Assembly: GCF_006345805.1 (NCBI RefSeq) | Contig: NC_042997.1 | Location: 164,052,001-164,116,000, forward strand | Source of the DNA: Octopus sinensis | Taxonomy: Eukaryota | Direction of reading: 5' to 3' | Length of the DNA: 64,000 nt | Shown here: piece by piece, positions 26,740 to 38,677 of the stretch | Position numbering within the stretch: position 1 is the first letter of the stretch | Layout of the letters: the number at the start of each line of letters is the position of its first letter | Position numbers and translations under genes: made by a program | Notes under the pieces: model-generated | Told to the model about the DNA's origin: nothing | Seen by the model: the letters and a program-made list of their open reading frames with translations, nothing else | The model's database searches: none

Positions 26740-27440
26740 GATATAAACATTTAATGGTTGCAAAACACAGGTCTTCCAGGAATTACTGCTATGTCATTGC
26801 TTTTTGACCAGACATTATCAACAATGGCTTCACTAGCCATGACCAAAACTGGTCCCAGAAGAGCAAACACTTTCCCTTCTGTTGTTTAACAGGCTGCAAA
26901 TACCAAAACTTCTTTTAGCCATTTTCTACATCTATCTTTATTTATCCAACCACATGGCTGCACATGTACAATTCCTTGTGGAAACTCCTCTTTGGCATAG
27001 ATTTTCTTTTAAAATCAATCAATGCTTTTAATTTATAGTACTCTCTGCTAAACAAGAAAAAATCTGAAACAAACATGCTTTCCTCATGAGTGGTAGCTTT
27101 TGCCAGTACCATCTTCTCTCACTCTTTCTCCCTCTCTCTCTCTATGCTGCTTAGTTCACAGTTTATTTCTCTGACATGTCAAGATTAAGAAGTGCTTCAT
27201 CCATTTTCCAATACAAGACAGCTTGTAGTCTACTTTCGGCCAATTTCTGATTACAAATAAGTGAAATGCTAGTATCTTATCATTCAGATCAGAAGGCAGC
27301 TTTTGCGCAATATTTGTTCTCTACTGAAGTGCATAATCATACTGACTCGTGAGCCAGCACTTTCCTCTAAATTCAAAATTCTATCCAGATTTGATTCCAT
27401 TTGCACATATATTTGGATGGCTCCATGAGCTACACAAATT
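26740..27440 (-). mobile_element. pogo-family DDE transposase remnant
   Basis: RTNIAQKLPSDLNDKILAFHLFVI...IG.MDE.LLNLDM, KCLLFWDQF and DIAVIPG motifs (pogo/POGK-like). Confidence 0.85.
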
Positions 27441-27449
27441 GTAGCTTAA

Positions 27450-29000
27450 CACTTTTTAAGTACCTACATGATAACTTCCTTTTTTAATAGTGGCTGCTTT
27501 TAGGGGTGACCTCTATTAGAACACTATTTTATTACATTATCTGAAGTTAAATATCTTTCTCCAGTCACTTGTGAGTTTATCAAAAACATAGAAGTCTTTT
27601 TTTTTTTTGATGCTCTGTTATATATCTTCTCTGCAATTTCAATAATTTCTTATTTGAATACTGCTCTACATCTGTTATTTTCTTCTGGGAGGAATTTTCT
27701 CACAAAAAAAAAAGCTATACATCCCAAGCTATGCAACTGTATTCCACATGATCTACACGGAAACTAACATCAGCTGTTCTACCAAGTGAGATTCTAATCC
27801 AACTTTTATAAAGTTCACTATTTCTATCACTTGTAGAAATAGCAAACAGTAATACAGTTAATTGTGATATTATTACATTGATAGGTAGTGCCTTTCATTG
27901 CTTATCTGACAGCATTGGCTATGCTGCTTCACAGATGTGTTTACATCTATGAATTGTAGACTGATGAATCAATGTATTCTGGTAAGTACCATGCATTCAG
28001 AAATACAGCAGTTACAATGAATTATACTGGTGAATGCATATGGTTTAGTTTATATAACAAATCATGCTATAATGTACTTTGTATCTGATTAATTGTGCAA
28101 CAGCCAGTGTAGTGCTTTTTAGATAATGAACTTGAGAAGTTCATTACCTAATATTTATGTAAATTATGTATCAAGATGTGTAATAATAAAGAAAAAAACT
28201 CATTTACTTCACATAAATTGCTGCACTTGAGCAGTAAATGTTGATCTGTTACCTGTATAGGATAGGGTTGACTCTGACAGGAGAATCATGGAAAATTTCA
28301 TATTTCTATCGTCAAACTAGGGGTCAACTTTTACACAAAATCAACTTGTATTTGAGTATCTATGATACTTATTTCAAAAAGAATCCTATTTTTTTCAACA
28401 TTTATAATTTGCTCAGCAACATAACCACCATCTTCAATCATTATTTTTCAATTCAAGCAGGAGATCTGGCCACGAGGCTATCATCCACACTTGCATTTTC
28501 CCCAACAACCCTAACATTATAGATTCAGATCATTTTCTTAACCTGTTACACCATTCTGCACTTTCAGAAAATGTTTCATCAGTTTCTCTTCCAATTTCCT
28601 TTCCTTCTTTGTTTTATCTATTTAATTATTATTTTGACAGCTGCAAACAGACTAACAGACTTCTTGATAGCCATTTGACTAAAAGGAATGCATTTTTAAT
28701 TACAATCTTTGATCCAAATTGACAAAAGTCATTCCATTTCCATGATTGCAGTTTCTTGCTGTTCAGAAATTTAATGATGAAGCTTTACTTTCTGAATAAT
28801 ATGTCACACTATTGATTCACTGATTGTATGGTCTTCACCTATTTTAGCCGCTATAGCACCACTTTTATGCTTGTTAATTATGTCTAATCTTTCTTCCAAC
28901 TCCATAACATGCTTCTTCTTCTTAGCACTGTCACCACTCGTAATAGTAGTACTCACTTGTTTAGAGCTTGTGTATGGCAGTAAACTGAGGCTTTAGAAAT
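27450..29000 (-). mobile_element. Tigger (TIGD1/CENP-B-like) transposase remnant
   Basis: KKKKHVMELEERLDIINKHKSG...ISESIV.HI (CENP-B N-terminal HTH), EME.LLSIWIKDCN.KCIPFSQMAI, and NVRVVGENASVD. The 3' limit is uncertain. Confidence 0.8.
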
Positions 29001-29494
29001 AAGTAAACCTCCAGTTAACCTGGCTTCGAACAACACCAAATTGCAAAAAAAAATTTTTTTAAACCACACACTCAGTAGTACATAGATATAATAGAAAACA
29101 ATTTGACAAAGATCATGTCTAAAACAATGAATCAGAGCAATACATTCAACAGCAGCTGAAAGAAAAGCAATAAAACAGGAGTGAAATTTGTACAGTGTTA
29201 TTTATCATTTCTCAGACATACTGTACACTACAGTAAATCAATTCTTATATGCAGTATTTGAGTTTTGATGGCAAACTACCAACAACATAAACTTGACAAC
29301 TGCAGTATTTGAACAGTAATTGGGGTATTTCTATTCATTTAATCATGTGAGTATGGCCAGGAAGGTTTTGAATCAGAGTTGTTGTTTTTACCTCTAATTG
29401 TAGCAAACAGGGTTATACAATGCTTGGCAAAATCTGAACTTAGACCATGGAATCATCAGTTCAGTTCTTTAACTGACACATTATACCTACTCCT

Positions 29495-29714
29495 TTACTA
29501 CCCACAAGGGACTAAACACAGAGAAGACAAACAAGGACAGACAGGCGGATTAAGTTGATTATATCGACCCTAGTGCATAACTGGTTCTTAATTTATCGAT
29601 CCCGAAAGGATGAAAGGCAAAGTCGACCTCGGCAGAATTTGAACTCAGAACTTAACGGCAGACGAAATACAGCTACGCATTTCGCCCAGCGTGCTAACGT
29701 TTCTGCCAGCTCGC
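29495..29714 (-). mobile_element. Young SINE A, alternative-tail subfamily
   Basis: CpG-rich head and core, followed by tail ttaatcc..tgtctgtccttgtttgtc..ccttgtgggtagtaaag; short tactcct flank repeat. Confidence 0.85.
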
Positions 29715-29728
29715 AGATTATACTCCTA

Positions 29729-29824
<96 letters not shown>

Positions 29825-30419
29825 CATGCATGCTGTCTGTCTGTTCATTTGCTCTTTTTATTTAAGATCCTTTCTCCATGCAAGCATGGCTTTGATGTAA
29901 GGTTTTGAGGCAGGATTTTTATGGCCAGATGCACTCCTGCATCCTGTTGCTAACACTTACCTGTTTTTCAAATAAGGAATTTTTATTGCAACACATAGAT
30001 AGTGGACAAAGACGATGATAGAAATTGTCAACAAACTTCACAGATTGCAACTCAAACAGAAGCAAGAAAGTCAATATTTACACCTGTAACTCAGCATAAT
30101 TTTGTAAACATTCATGCTCACACACATACACAAAACCATTCAACTATATCTTTTATCATTATCCTTTATCTTTTGTTTCAGTCATTAAATTGTGGCTAAA
30201 CTGGGGCACTGCCTTGAAGAACTTTAGTCAAACAAATCAATCCCAGTAATAATTTATTTTTTCAAGCCTGGTACTTATTCTATTAGTCTCTTTTGCTGAA
30301 CTGCTAAGTTATAGAGATGTAAACACACCAGCACCAGTTGTCAAGTAATGGTGGGCAACAAACACACACACACACACACACACATACACACACACACTCA
30401 CACATAAATATTTACATAT

Positions 30420-30900
30420 AGGTGCAGGAGTGGCTGTGTGGTAAGTAGCTTGCTTACCACGTCCTCGCTACAGCTACTTCACCCTTTTATGTTTGTCTGT
30501 TCTTGTTCGTCCCCTCTTTGTAATGCCTTCATGGCAAATATTTATGAAATAAAGTAGCTTGCTTACGAACCACATGGTTCCGGGTTCAGTCTCACTGCAT
30601 GGCACTTTTGGCAAGTGTCTTCTACTATAGCCTCGAGTCGACCAAAGCCTTGTGAGTGGATTTGGTAGACGGAGACTGAAAGAAGCCCATCATGTGTGTG
30701 TGTGTGTGTGTGTGCTTGTGTGTCTGTGTTTGTTCCCCCAGCATTACTTGACAACTGATGCTGGTTTGGCAAAAGAGACCGATAGAATAAGTACAAAGCT
30801 TACAAAGAGTAAGTCCAGGGATCGGTTTGCTCGACTAAAGGTGGTGCTCCAACATGCCCGCAGTCAAATGACTGAAACAAGTAGAAGAGTAAAAGAATAA
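30420..30900 (+). mobile_element. SINE B interrupted by a 94-bp LINE-like 3' end (30458-30551) with 15-bp TSD
   Basis: aagtagcttgcttac duplicated at 30443-30457 and 30552-30566; the insert ends ...atgaaata. Confidence 0.9.
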
Positions 30901-31091
30901 ATAAATATATACGATGGGCTTCTTTCAGTTTCTGCCTACCAATCCACTCAAAAGGCTTCTTTTTGGTCTGAGACTCTACTAGTTGATACTTGCACAAGGT
31001 ACTACACAGTGGAACAGAAACTGGAACCATGCGATTGGGAAGCAAACTTTTTACCACACCCACACATGTGCCTATATATATATATATATAT

Positions 31092-31500
31092 CAATCATCA
31101 TCATCATTTAACGTCTGTTTTCCATGCTGGCATGGGTTGGACAGTTTCACTGAAAACTGGTATGCTGGGGAGCTGCACTAGATTCCAATCTGATTTGGCA
31201 TGGTATCAATGGCTGGATGCCCTTCCTAACAACAACCACTCCAAGAGTGTAATGGGTGCTTTTTACGTGCCGCCAGCACAGGTGCCAGTTATGCAGCACC
31301 AGCATCAGCCATAACTACAATCTTACTTGGCTTGACAGGTCTTCTCAATCACACTATATTGCCAAAGGTGTCTATTATTTGTCACTGCATCTGTGAGGCC
31401 CAATGTTCAAATGGTGTTTTTTATGTGCCAGTTATGCAACAGTGGCATCATCCACAACTACAATTTCACTTGATCATGGCTGATGCCAGTGTCACATAAG
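31092..31500 (-). mobile_element. RTE 3'UTR copy next to (TA)n
   Basis: (atc)n-tttaacgtc..ccatgctggcatgggttgg consensus. Confidence 0.85.
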
Positions 31501-31544
31501 AATGTGACATACATATATATACATATATATATATATATCTATAA

Positions 31545-31575
<31 letters not shown>

Positions 31576-31634
31576 TATAAATATATATGTATGCATATAT
31601 ATATATAAATATATATGTATGCATATATATATAT

Positions 31635-31672
<38 letters not shown>

Positions 31673-31900
31673 ACACACACAAAGGGAGAGAGAGAAAAAG
31701 AGAGATTGCTTTACACTTGATTTAGACCTGATGCTATACGTTAACACCAAACACAGTGTCCATATCAAATGTACTTGAACTCTTTTTGTATTTTACTTAA
31801 TACACATTTCAGAAATAGACCTTCATACATAAAAGAGAAAAGTAAAAATGAAAAAAAAAAATAGAAAAAGAAAAAATGTTAAACCAAGTAAGCAACGTAC

Positions 31901-32012
31901 AGTGTAAGAGTCTTGCCAGTTCTGCATAGTCTCCAGTTATGGCAGCTGTGTGAAGAGCATTGGGGGAACACACTAGCATAGTATTCTGGCCAGGTACCAA
32001 ATTTCTTTCCAT
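31901..32012 (-). CDS. INVS: First coding exon of an ankyrin-repeat protein, inversin-like (exon 31901-32018)
   Basis: Acceptor ttttacttctttcag|CAACCA ATG, 37 codons MERNLVPGQNTMLVCSPNALHTAAITGDYAELARLLH plus 1 nt, donor |GTACGT (phase 1). LHTAAITGDYAELARLLH aligns without gaps to the vertebrate inversin N-terminal ankyrin repeat VHAAAVNGDKGALQRLIV, which from memory also ends at a phase-1 intron. The exon is well supported; the orthology call less so. Confidence 0.7.
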
Positions 32013-32749
32013 TGGTTGCTGAAAGAAGTAAAATCAATATTGAATATAATTTCATTAAGAAACTTCAATAAACATTATAAATAGCTCTATGTGTCTATCC
32101 TGTTTTACTATATTTGAGTATCAATTCTTTACTTCATACTTTAAAGATTATAGCTGATTACGTTCTATGGCTGTCAAGTAAATCTGACAATATAGGTGCT
32201 GTTCTACAATAACCAGATGAGTAGCTTCAATTTCAATTACTTACTATTTTATTCGCCTCAAGCTTCAGTCCAAGTACAATAACAAAACAGTATCCCCACC
32301 TCACTTCCTTGTTTACTGTTTTACATTCATTGAATCAATAAATTACTTTAGGATACAACCTTAAAACTAATATACATTTTTTTTTTCACTACATAATTCA
32401 CTGATGAATAAGTAACACTATTCATCCTCATTCATGTATTTTGCATAAACTTTAGAATTCCGGAAAGTTATGGCCTTCTCCAAATGTGGATTTATAAACA
32501 TAACAACATGGAAACAGTAAAAAGATGGAAATAGGTTAACACAAGAGAAACTGTATAACTAATTTTTTATTGAATATATTTACATTTTAATTATAACTCT
32601 GTTGTTGAGATTAATAATGTTTATGCTATGTTCTTTCCTAAACAATAGTTTGAATACACTAACAAATATTAAATTCAGTTTTTAGCTTGGAAATAAAAGA
32701 CTTTATATTATATTTTTTAATTGCATGAATATTTCAATCTTCACAGCAG

Positions 32750-33200
32750 AGGGTTGGAGGTGTCCTAGACACAATCCATTCATTGTGCCTTCAGTATTTC
32801 TTCATGATAGAGAAGAGTTGGTGGCCTTAGGCATTTGTAAACAGTAAGGGTTTATGCTTGGAGTTGTCTTTTCCCTTGTCTGACTACCTTCCGAGGTTAC
32901 TAAGCTCAGACTATCTGCTCAGTTACAACCACCAGTGTGTCTGTGGATACAGTATTGTCTTCTTCTAGAGACATGCTTTAATAAAAGCTAAGGGGCACCT
33001 CACTCTCAGTGGTCTACAGCATGCCACAATCCAACCCAGAATTTCTAAATCATGGTTCTATTTCTAGAGAGTCATTGAGACTACTTTTGGATTCGTCTGT
33101 CCCTTTGACAGGTATTACTTTTGTCCTGCTGGATTGCTTGCAACCCATCAACCTAATCATACAACAGGTTTGTACTAGACTATATGCTACTTGTAATACA
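32750..33200 (-). mobile_element. RTE LINE 5'UTR remnant
   Basis: Similar to 62840-63012 (ccctttgaca.., caacagg.ttgtact.ga.ta.atg.tac); has an RTE-like ..ggtagtcagacaagggaaaagacaactc block. Confidence 0.6.
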
Positions 33201-33785
33201 TCCTTATTGTAACTCTGTTGTTAGAGTTATTAATTACTATCATCGTCATCATCATCATCATTTTAATGTCTGCATTTTTCAAGTTTACATGGGTCAGACA
33301 GAATTTGTTGAGTCAGATTTTCTACAGTTGGATACTCTTTGTGTCATCAATCCTCACCTGTTTCCTAAATAAGGTAATATTTCCCCATGACCAGAGACAT
33401 GTTTTTCACAGAATACTGGAGACAAAGGACACCACTATTTGATGGTGATACTCATTTACAATTATTATGTGATGTCAGGACAAGGAGATACCAACTCTCT
33501 CTTACACACACACATAAAAATGGAGGGCTTCTTTCAGTTACTATCAACCAAATCTACTCTCATGACCTTGGTCCACCTAGGGCTATAGTTGAAGGTATTT
33601 GCCTAAGATGCCACGCAGTGGAACTGAACCTGGAACCAAGTGATTGCAAAGCAAGCTTCTTAACCACATATCCATAACTGTGCCTCAATGTGTACATGTG
33701 CAAGCATGTGTGCATGCTTATGTCTGCATGCTTATTAGCACACATGTGCATGCACACACACACATGCACGCATGCATGCATGCGC

Positions 33786-33820
<35 letters not shown>

Positions 33821-34915
33821 ACAATTATATTATATTCTTTCTCAAAACAATACTTGGAATATTCTAATAACATATATTGAATTTAATTTATAGGTTTGAA
33901 ATGATGGATTTATTTTATTTTCTCTTATTATTATATGCTTTTTAATTATTATATCTTTTTTAATTATTATATGCTTTTTTTTCTATTTGTTCACTTATAT
34001 ATATTTTCCCTATTTTAATAGATGCAGGTGTGGCTATGTGGTAAGAAGTTTGCTTCCCAGCCAAATGGCTCTGGGTTCAAGATCCAGTCCCAATATATGG
34101 CACTTTGGAGTAGTGTCTCCTACTATAGCCTTAGGCTAACCAAAGACTTGTGCCTGGATTTGGTAGATGGAAACTGAAAGAAGCCTGTTGAGTGTGTGTG
34201 TGTGATTATCCCCCACCACCGCTTGACAACTGGAGCTAGTGTGTTTACAACCCTGTAACTTAGTGGTTCAGCAAAAGACCAACAGAATAAGTACCAGACT
34301 TGAAAAAGTACTGGGGTTGATTTATTTGGCTAAAATCCTTCATGGTGGTGCCCCAGCATGGCAGCAGTCTAATGGCTGAAACAAATAAAAGATTAAAGAT
34401 AAAAAGATAATACACACAAGTACAAACATAGGCCTTGTGATTAAAGAAGTTCATCTCATAAGCACATGATTCCGAGCCCAATCCCACTGCATGACACATT
34501 GAGCAAGTGTCTCCTACTTAGCCTCAGAATTATTAGTATTAAAGAATTATTAGTATTATTGCCTTTCATCCTTTCTGGGTCATTGAAATAAGTACCACTT
34601 ACTCACTGGAGTTGATGTAATCGACTAGCTTCCACCCCCAAAATTTTAGGCCATGTGCCTATAGTAGAAAGGATTATTATCATTATTATAAACATAGGCG
34701 TGAGAGTGGTTGTGTGGTAAGAATCTTGCTTCAAAACCTCATGGTTCCAGGTTCAGTTCCACTGTGTGACATTTTGGTCAAGTGTCTTCTAATATAGCCT
34801 CAGGCCAACCTATTAAGTGGATCTGGTAGGCAGAAATTGAAAGAAGCCCATCATGTGTGCATACACACACACACACATAAATAGAGTTAAGCACAGGTGA
34901 TATTCAAATCCTTTT

Positions 34916-35004
34916 ACTTCTGACAAATGTTTCGAAGATATCACTGGTATTATTCCAAAGGAATAAAATGGTGTAAAACAATGTAATCTTCTCTTCAGAG
35001 AAGT
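34916..35004 (-). ncRNA. Type I hammerhead ribozyme motif (minimal stem III)
   Basis: Minus strand: ACUUCU-CUGAAGA-GAAGAU[46 nt]AUCUUC-GAAA-C AUUU G-UC-AGAAGU. Perfect 6-bp stems I and II, intact core, predicted GUC cleavage between 34922 and 34921. Confidence 0.8.
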
Positions 35005-35647
35005 GAAGAAATGAAACTCATCAATAAGACATTTTAACAGAAAATGATGGATATGTATAGTGATTAACCAAACGCTATTAAGATTGTTTCAAAAAAATGT
35101 TATAGGATATATAACGTCAAAGGTAGCCTATAGAAAAAGGAGGGATAAAGGAATGAAAAACTAAATAAGTGAGAAATATATAACTATATGTGATAGTTGT
35201 GTATTCTTTTATTCTTTTACTTGTTTCAGTCATTTGACTGTGGCCATGCTGGAGCATTGCCTTTAGTCGAACAAATCGACCCTAGGACTTATTCTTTGTA
35301 AGCCTTGTACTTATTCTATCAGTCTCTTTTGCCAAACCACTAAGTTATGGGAATGTAAATACACCAACATCATTTTTTAAGTGATGGTGGGGAGACAAGC
35401 ACAGACATACAAATGCAGACATGATTACCCTTAACATAGTTCTCAGGAATATTCAGCATGACACAGAGTGTGACAAAGCTGGCACTTAGAAATACAGGTA
35501 CTACAGCTGAGTGGACTGGGGCAACATGAAATAAAGTGTCATGCTTAAGGGTACAATGCATCACCAGAAATTGAACTCATGTCCTTGCAATAATGAGCCA
35601 AACGCCCTAACCACTAAGCTACATGCTTTCATGTTTATCAATACATT

Positions 35648-36058
35648 CCAGTGAAAACTGGAGTGCTGTGTCCTTGTAGGTAATTTAGCCATTTGTTAAT
35701 TAGAGGTCAGTAAATTAAGTACCAAACTAATCAAAACTTGTGTAGGTTGAACTAATTAAAATGTTTGAGAAAGAAATGTAGCTGCATACATCTAAAGCAA
35801 CATTTTTCAGGGGCCCTTAAAAGTCTATTGTGGATTCCCAATTTACTATTTTGTTGTGTAGATCCCCAAAAGTCTTATATGGACTTTCAGGGGCCACATG
35901 GACCCTGGTTTAGATTTACTGAGATAGACAGATAGCCAAATCCAGATAATACTCTGAGTAGTTTTCAGTCAACCCCAGTGAAAACTGGAGTACTGTGTCC
36001 TTGTAGGTAATTTAGCCATTTGTTAATTAGAGGTCAGTAAATTAAGTACCAAACTAAT
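35648..36058 (+). repeat. 84-bp direct repeats (35648-35731, 35975-36058) bracketing a copy of 38468-38733
   Basis: The repeats differ at one base. The insert includes the right end of the hAT MITE plus ~55 bp of its unique flank. Confidence 0.9.
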
Positions 36059-36684
36059 GGACTCTGATCATTATCAGCAATGTCCTACTATAGCCTCAGT
36101 TTAATGACTGAAGCCAGTACAAAAATGACAAAAGGGAACATACGTTTTCAAAAGTTCAATCTGTGATAGTTGCTCTGTCACATAACAACTAACAAAAAAA
36201 TGGCTAGTTGTTGAGACATGAAATTAATGATGTATAAGAAAGGAGGGCATTTTAATAAATGGAACCAGTATCACCCCCTCCACCATTGTTTCAATGCCCA
36301 CTTTTCCATGCTTAAATGGGTCAGATGAAATTCATTGAGAAAGATTTTCTATAGTCAGATACTCTTCCTGTCACCAACCATTGCCTGTTTTCAACCAAGG
36401 CAATTTTTCTCAAGCCCTTGAACTTGAACAGCATATGTTTCTGTGGAGGCTTGCAAACAAATTACACAGCATGTATGATGGTGACATTTGTTTTACAATT
36501 AATGTAGGTCAAGACAAGGAGGTTGCAAGCAGATGCACATACACACACACAATGGACTTCTTTCAATTTCCATCAACGAATGTGACAATTTTTGAGGTCC
36601 TTGTGGTGAATAAAGAATTCTTCTTTTTCTCCTTCTTCTTCTTCGTCTTATTATTATTATTATTATCATTATTATTATTTTTAA

Positions 36685-36900
36685 GAAGGCAGTGAGCTAG
36701 CATAATCATTAGCACACTAGGCAAAATGCTTAGCAGTATTTCATTTGCTGCTACGTTCTGGGTTCAAATTCCACCAAAGTCGACTTTGCCTTTCATTCTT
36801 TCAGGGTCGATAAATTAAGTACCAGTCGAATTAATCGATTAGTCCCCCACCTCCCAATTTCAGGCCTTTTGCCTTCAATAGAAAGGATTATTATTATTAA
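36685..36900 (+). mobile_element. SINE A inserted in (ATT)n
   Basis: Head, B-box, central core and tail aatttcaggcct..aaaggattatt. Confidence 0.85.
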
Positions 36901-36929
36901 TAAGGTGAGACCTTCATATTTGAAAGAGT

Positions 36930-37190
36930 ACATGGCTTAGTGGTTAGGGTGTTGCACTCACAATCTAGCAATTGTGATTTCAATTTCTAGACTGGGTGGT
37001 GTGTTGTGTTCTTGAGCAAAACACTTTGGCACATGATGTGTGGTATGGCAGGCACCTGTTCAGACAACGTTGATTTGATGAAGAGAGTGAGCTAAGGGCA
37101 GCATGAACATTTGATCACTATAAACAAATCATTTGTGCAGGTCATTCAGCAAATGGTAAATGCTCATATGTTGTCTTTGATGGGAGAGTT
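36930..37190 (+). mobile_element. SINE family C (tRNA head plus CORE-like domain)
   Basis: atggcttagtggttagggtgttg..gtgttcttgagcaaaacactt; related copies at 25640-25825 (-), 35500-35630 (-) and 62180-62460 (+). Confidence 0.75.
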
Positions 37191-37244
37191 CATCATTGTT
37201 AATATTAGAAACACACACAAAGATTACAAATATATTCATATTGC

Positions 37245-37516
37245 CATCATCATTTAACGTCCGTTTTCCATGCTGGCATGGGTTGGATGATTTGACTGAG
37301 ATCTGGAAAGCCAGTGGCTGCACCAGGCTTCAATCAGATCTGGCAAGGTTTCTACAGTTGGATACCCTTCCTAACGCCAGCCACTCTGAGGGTGTAGTGG
37401 GTGCTTTTTATGTTCCACCAGCACAGGAGCCAGTCAGGGGACACTGGCATCCATCATGTTCGGATAGTGCTTTTTACATGCCACTGGTAAAGGAGCCAGT
37501 CAAGGGACACTGGCAT
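37245..37516 (-). mobile_element. RTE 3'UTR copy
   Basis: Same consensus as 49498-49800; the 5' junction runs into (TA)n. Confidence 0.85.
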
Positions 37517-38336
37517 TATATATATATATGCATGCTTTTACCTTCCTAACCTCTCCTACTAACAGCATTACCCTGTTATATTTCTTTCAGACATTTCACT
37601 CTGCATATAATGACTGCAGGCATGGCTATGTGGTTAAAAGGTTTACCAGAAAACATTATTGTCTCAGGTTCAATTTCACTAATGGCAACTAGGCAACTGT
37701 CTTTGATTAAAGCCTTGGATCAACCAATGTCTCATGGGAAACATTTGGTAGAAGAAAACTGCAGAAACAATTACATGTATAATTGTATATATGTTCATAT
37801 CAGAGTTAATGTGTCAGTTGATTTTCAAACTTGACACTCAGCTGAATTCCAAAATAAGTAGGAAATGGCAAACCCCCACATTAAAATCCATGTGAACTAA
37901 AAATAGATCAGTCAATAAGAATAAAGATAGGTCATCAGTGCACAATTAGAATGATTATAAACATCTGCTCACAGATAATAATACATTTTAGATGCTGTTT
38001 CGAATATTTCTTACAATTTTTTTTTCTAATTCAAAAATTGTTTTTTAATCTGAAACTCACCATATCCAAACACTTCCAGTGACAAAAGACAATGGCAAAG
38101 ATTGTTTACAACTGATTACAAAGATTCTTTACAACTGTTTACAATAATTTTCAGCTGAGAAGGAATCTTTTAGAAGATTCTGATGAAATTCAATGAAAAT
38201 TCAATCAAGTGTATTCAAAAGTTAGTTGAAGATGAAAGAGTTTGAGCTGTAAATGTTAATAAAGCATTTCTAATGAATGGGGATGTTTCTCAATCAACTA
38301 ATAATAGTTGCAATGCAATACTGATATCAGATAGAA

Positions 38337-38677
38337 CAGGGGTTCTCAACCATTTTTTATCGATGGACCCCTTTGATTACTGTGTTATTCTGGTGAACCC
38401 CTATAGCCATTCTATGTTTAAGAACTAGTTTTATAGAAACTTCTTTCAAAATACCTATTTACCCATTAACTTGTGTAGGTTGAACTAATTAAAATGTTAG
38501 AGAAAGAAATGTAGCTGTTTCTTGCAATATATACCAATGCATACATCTAAAGTAAAATTTTTTCAGGGGCCCTTAAAAGTCTATTGAGGATTCCCAATTT
38601 ACTATTTTGTTGTGTGGACCCCCAAAAGTCTTATATGAACTTTCAGAGGCCATATGGACCCTGGTTGAGAATCACTG
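38337..38677. mobile_element. hAT MITE with 8-bp TSD
   Basis: TIRs caggggttctcaacc / ggttgagaatcactg; flanks agatagaa / agatagac (7 of 8 match). Confidence 0.9.
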
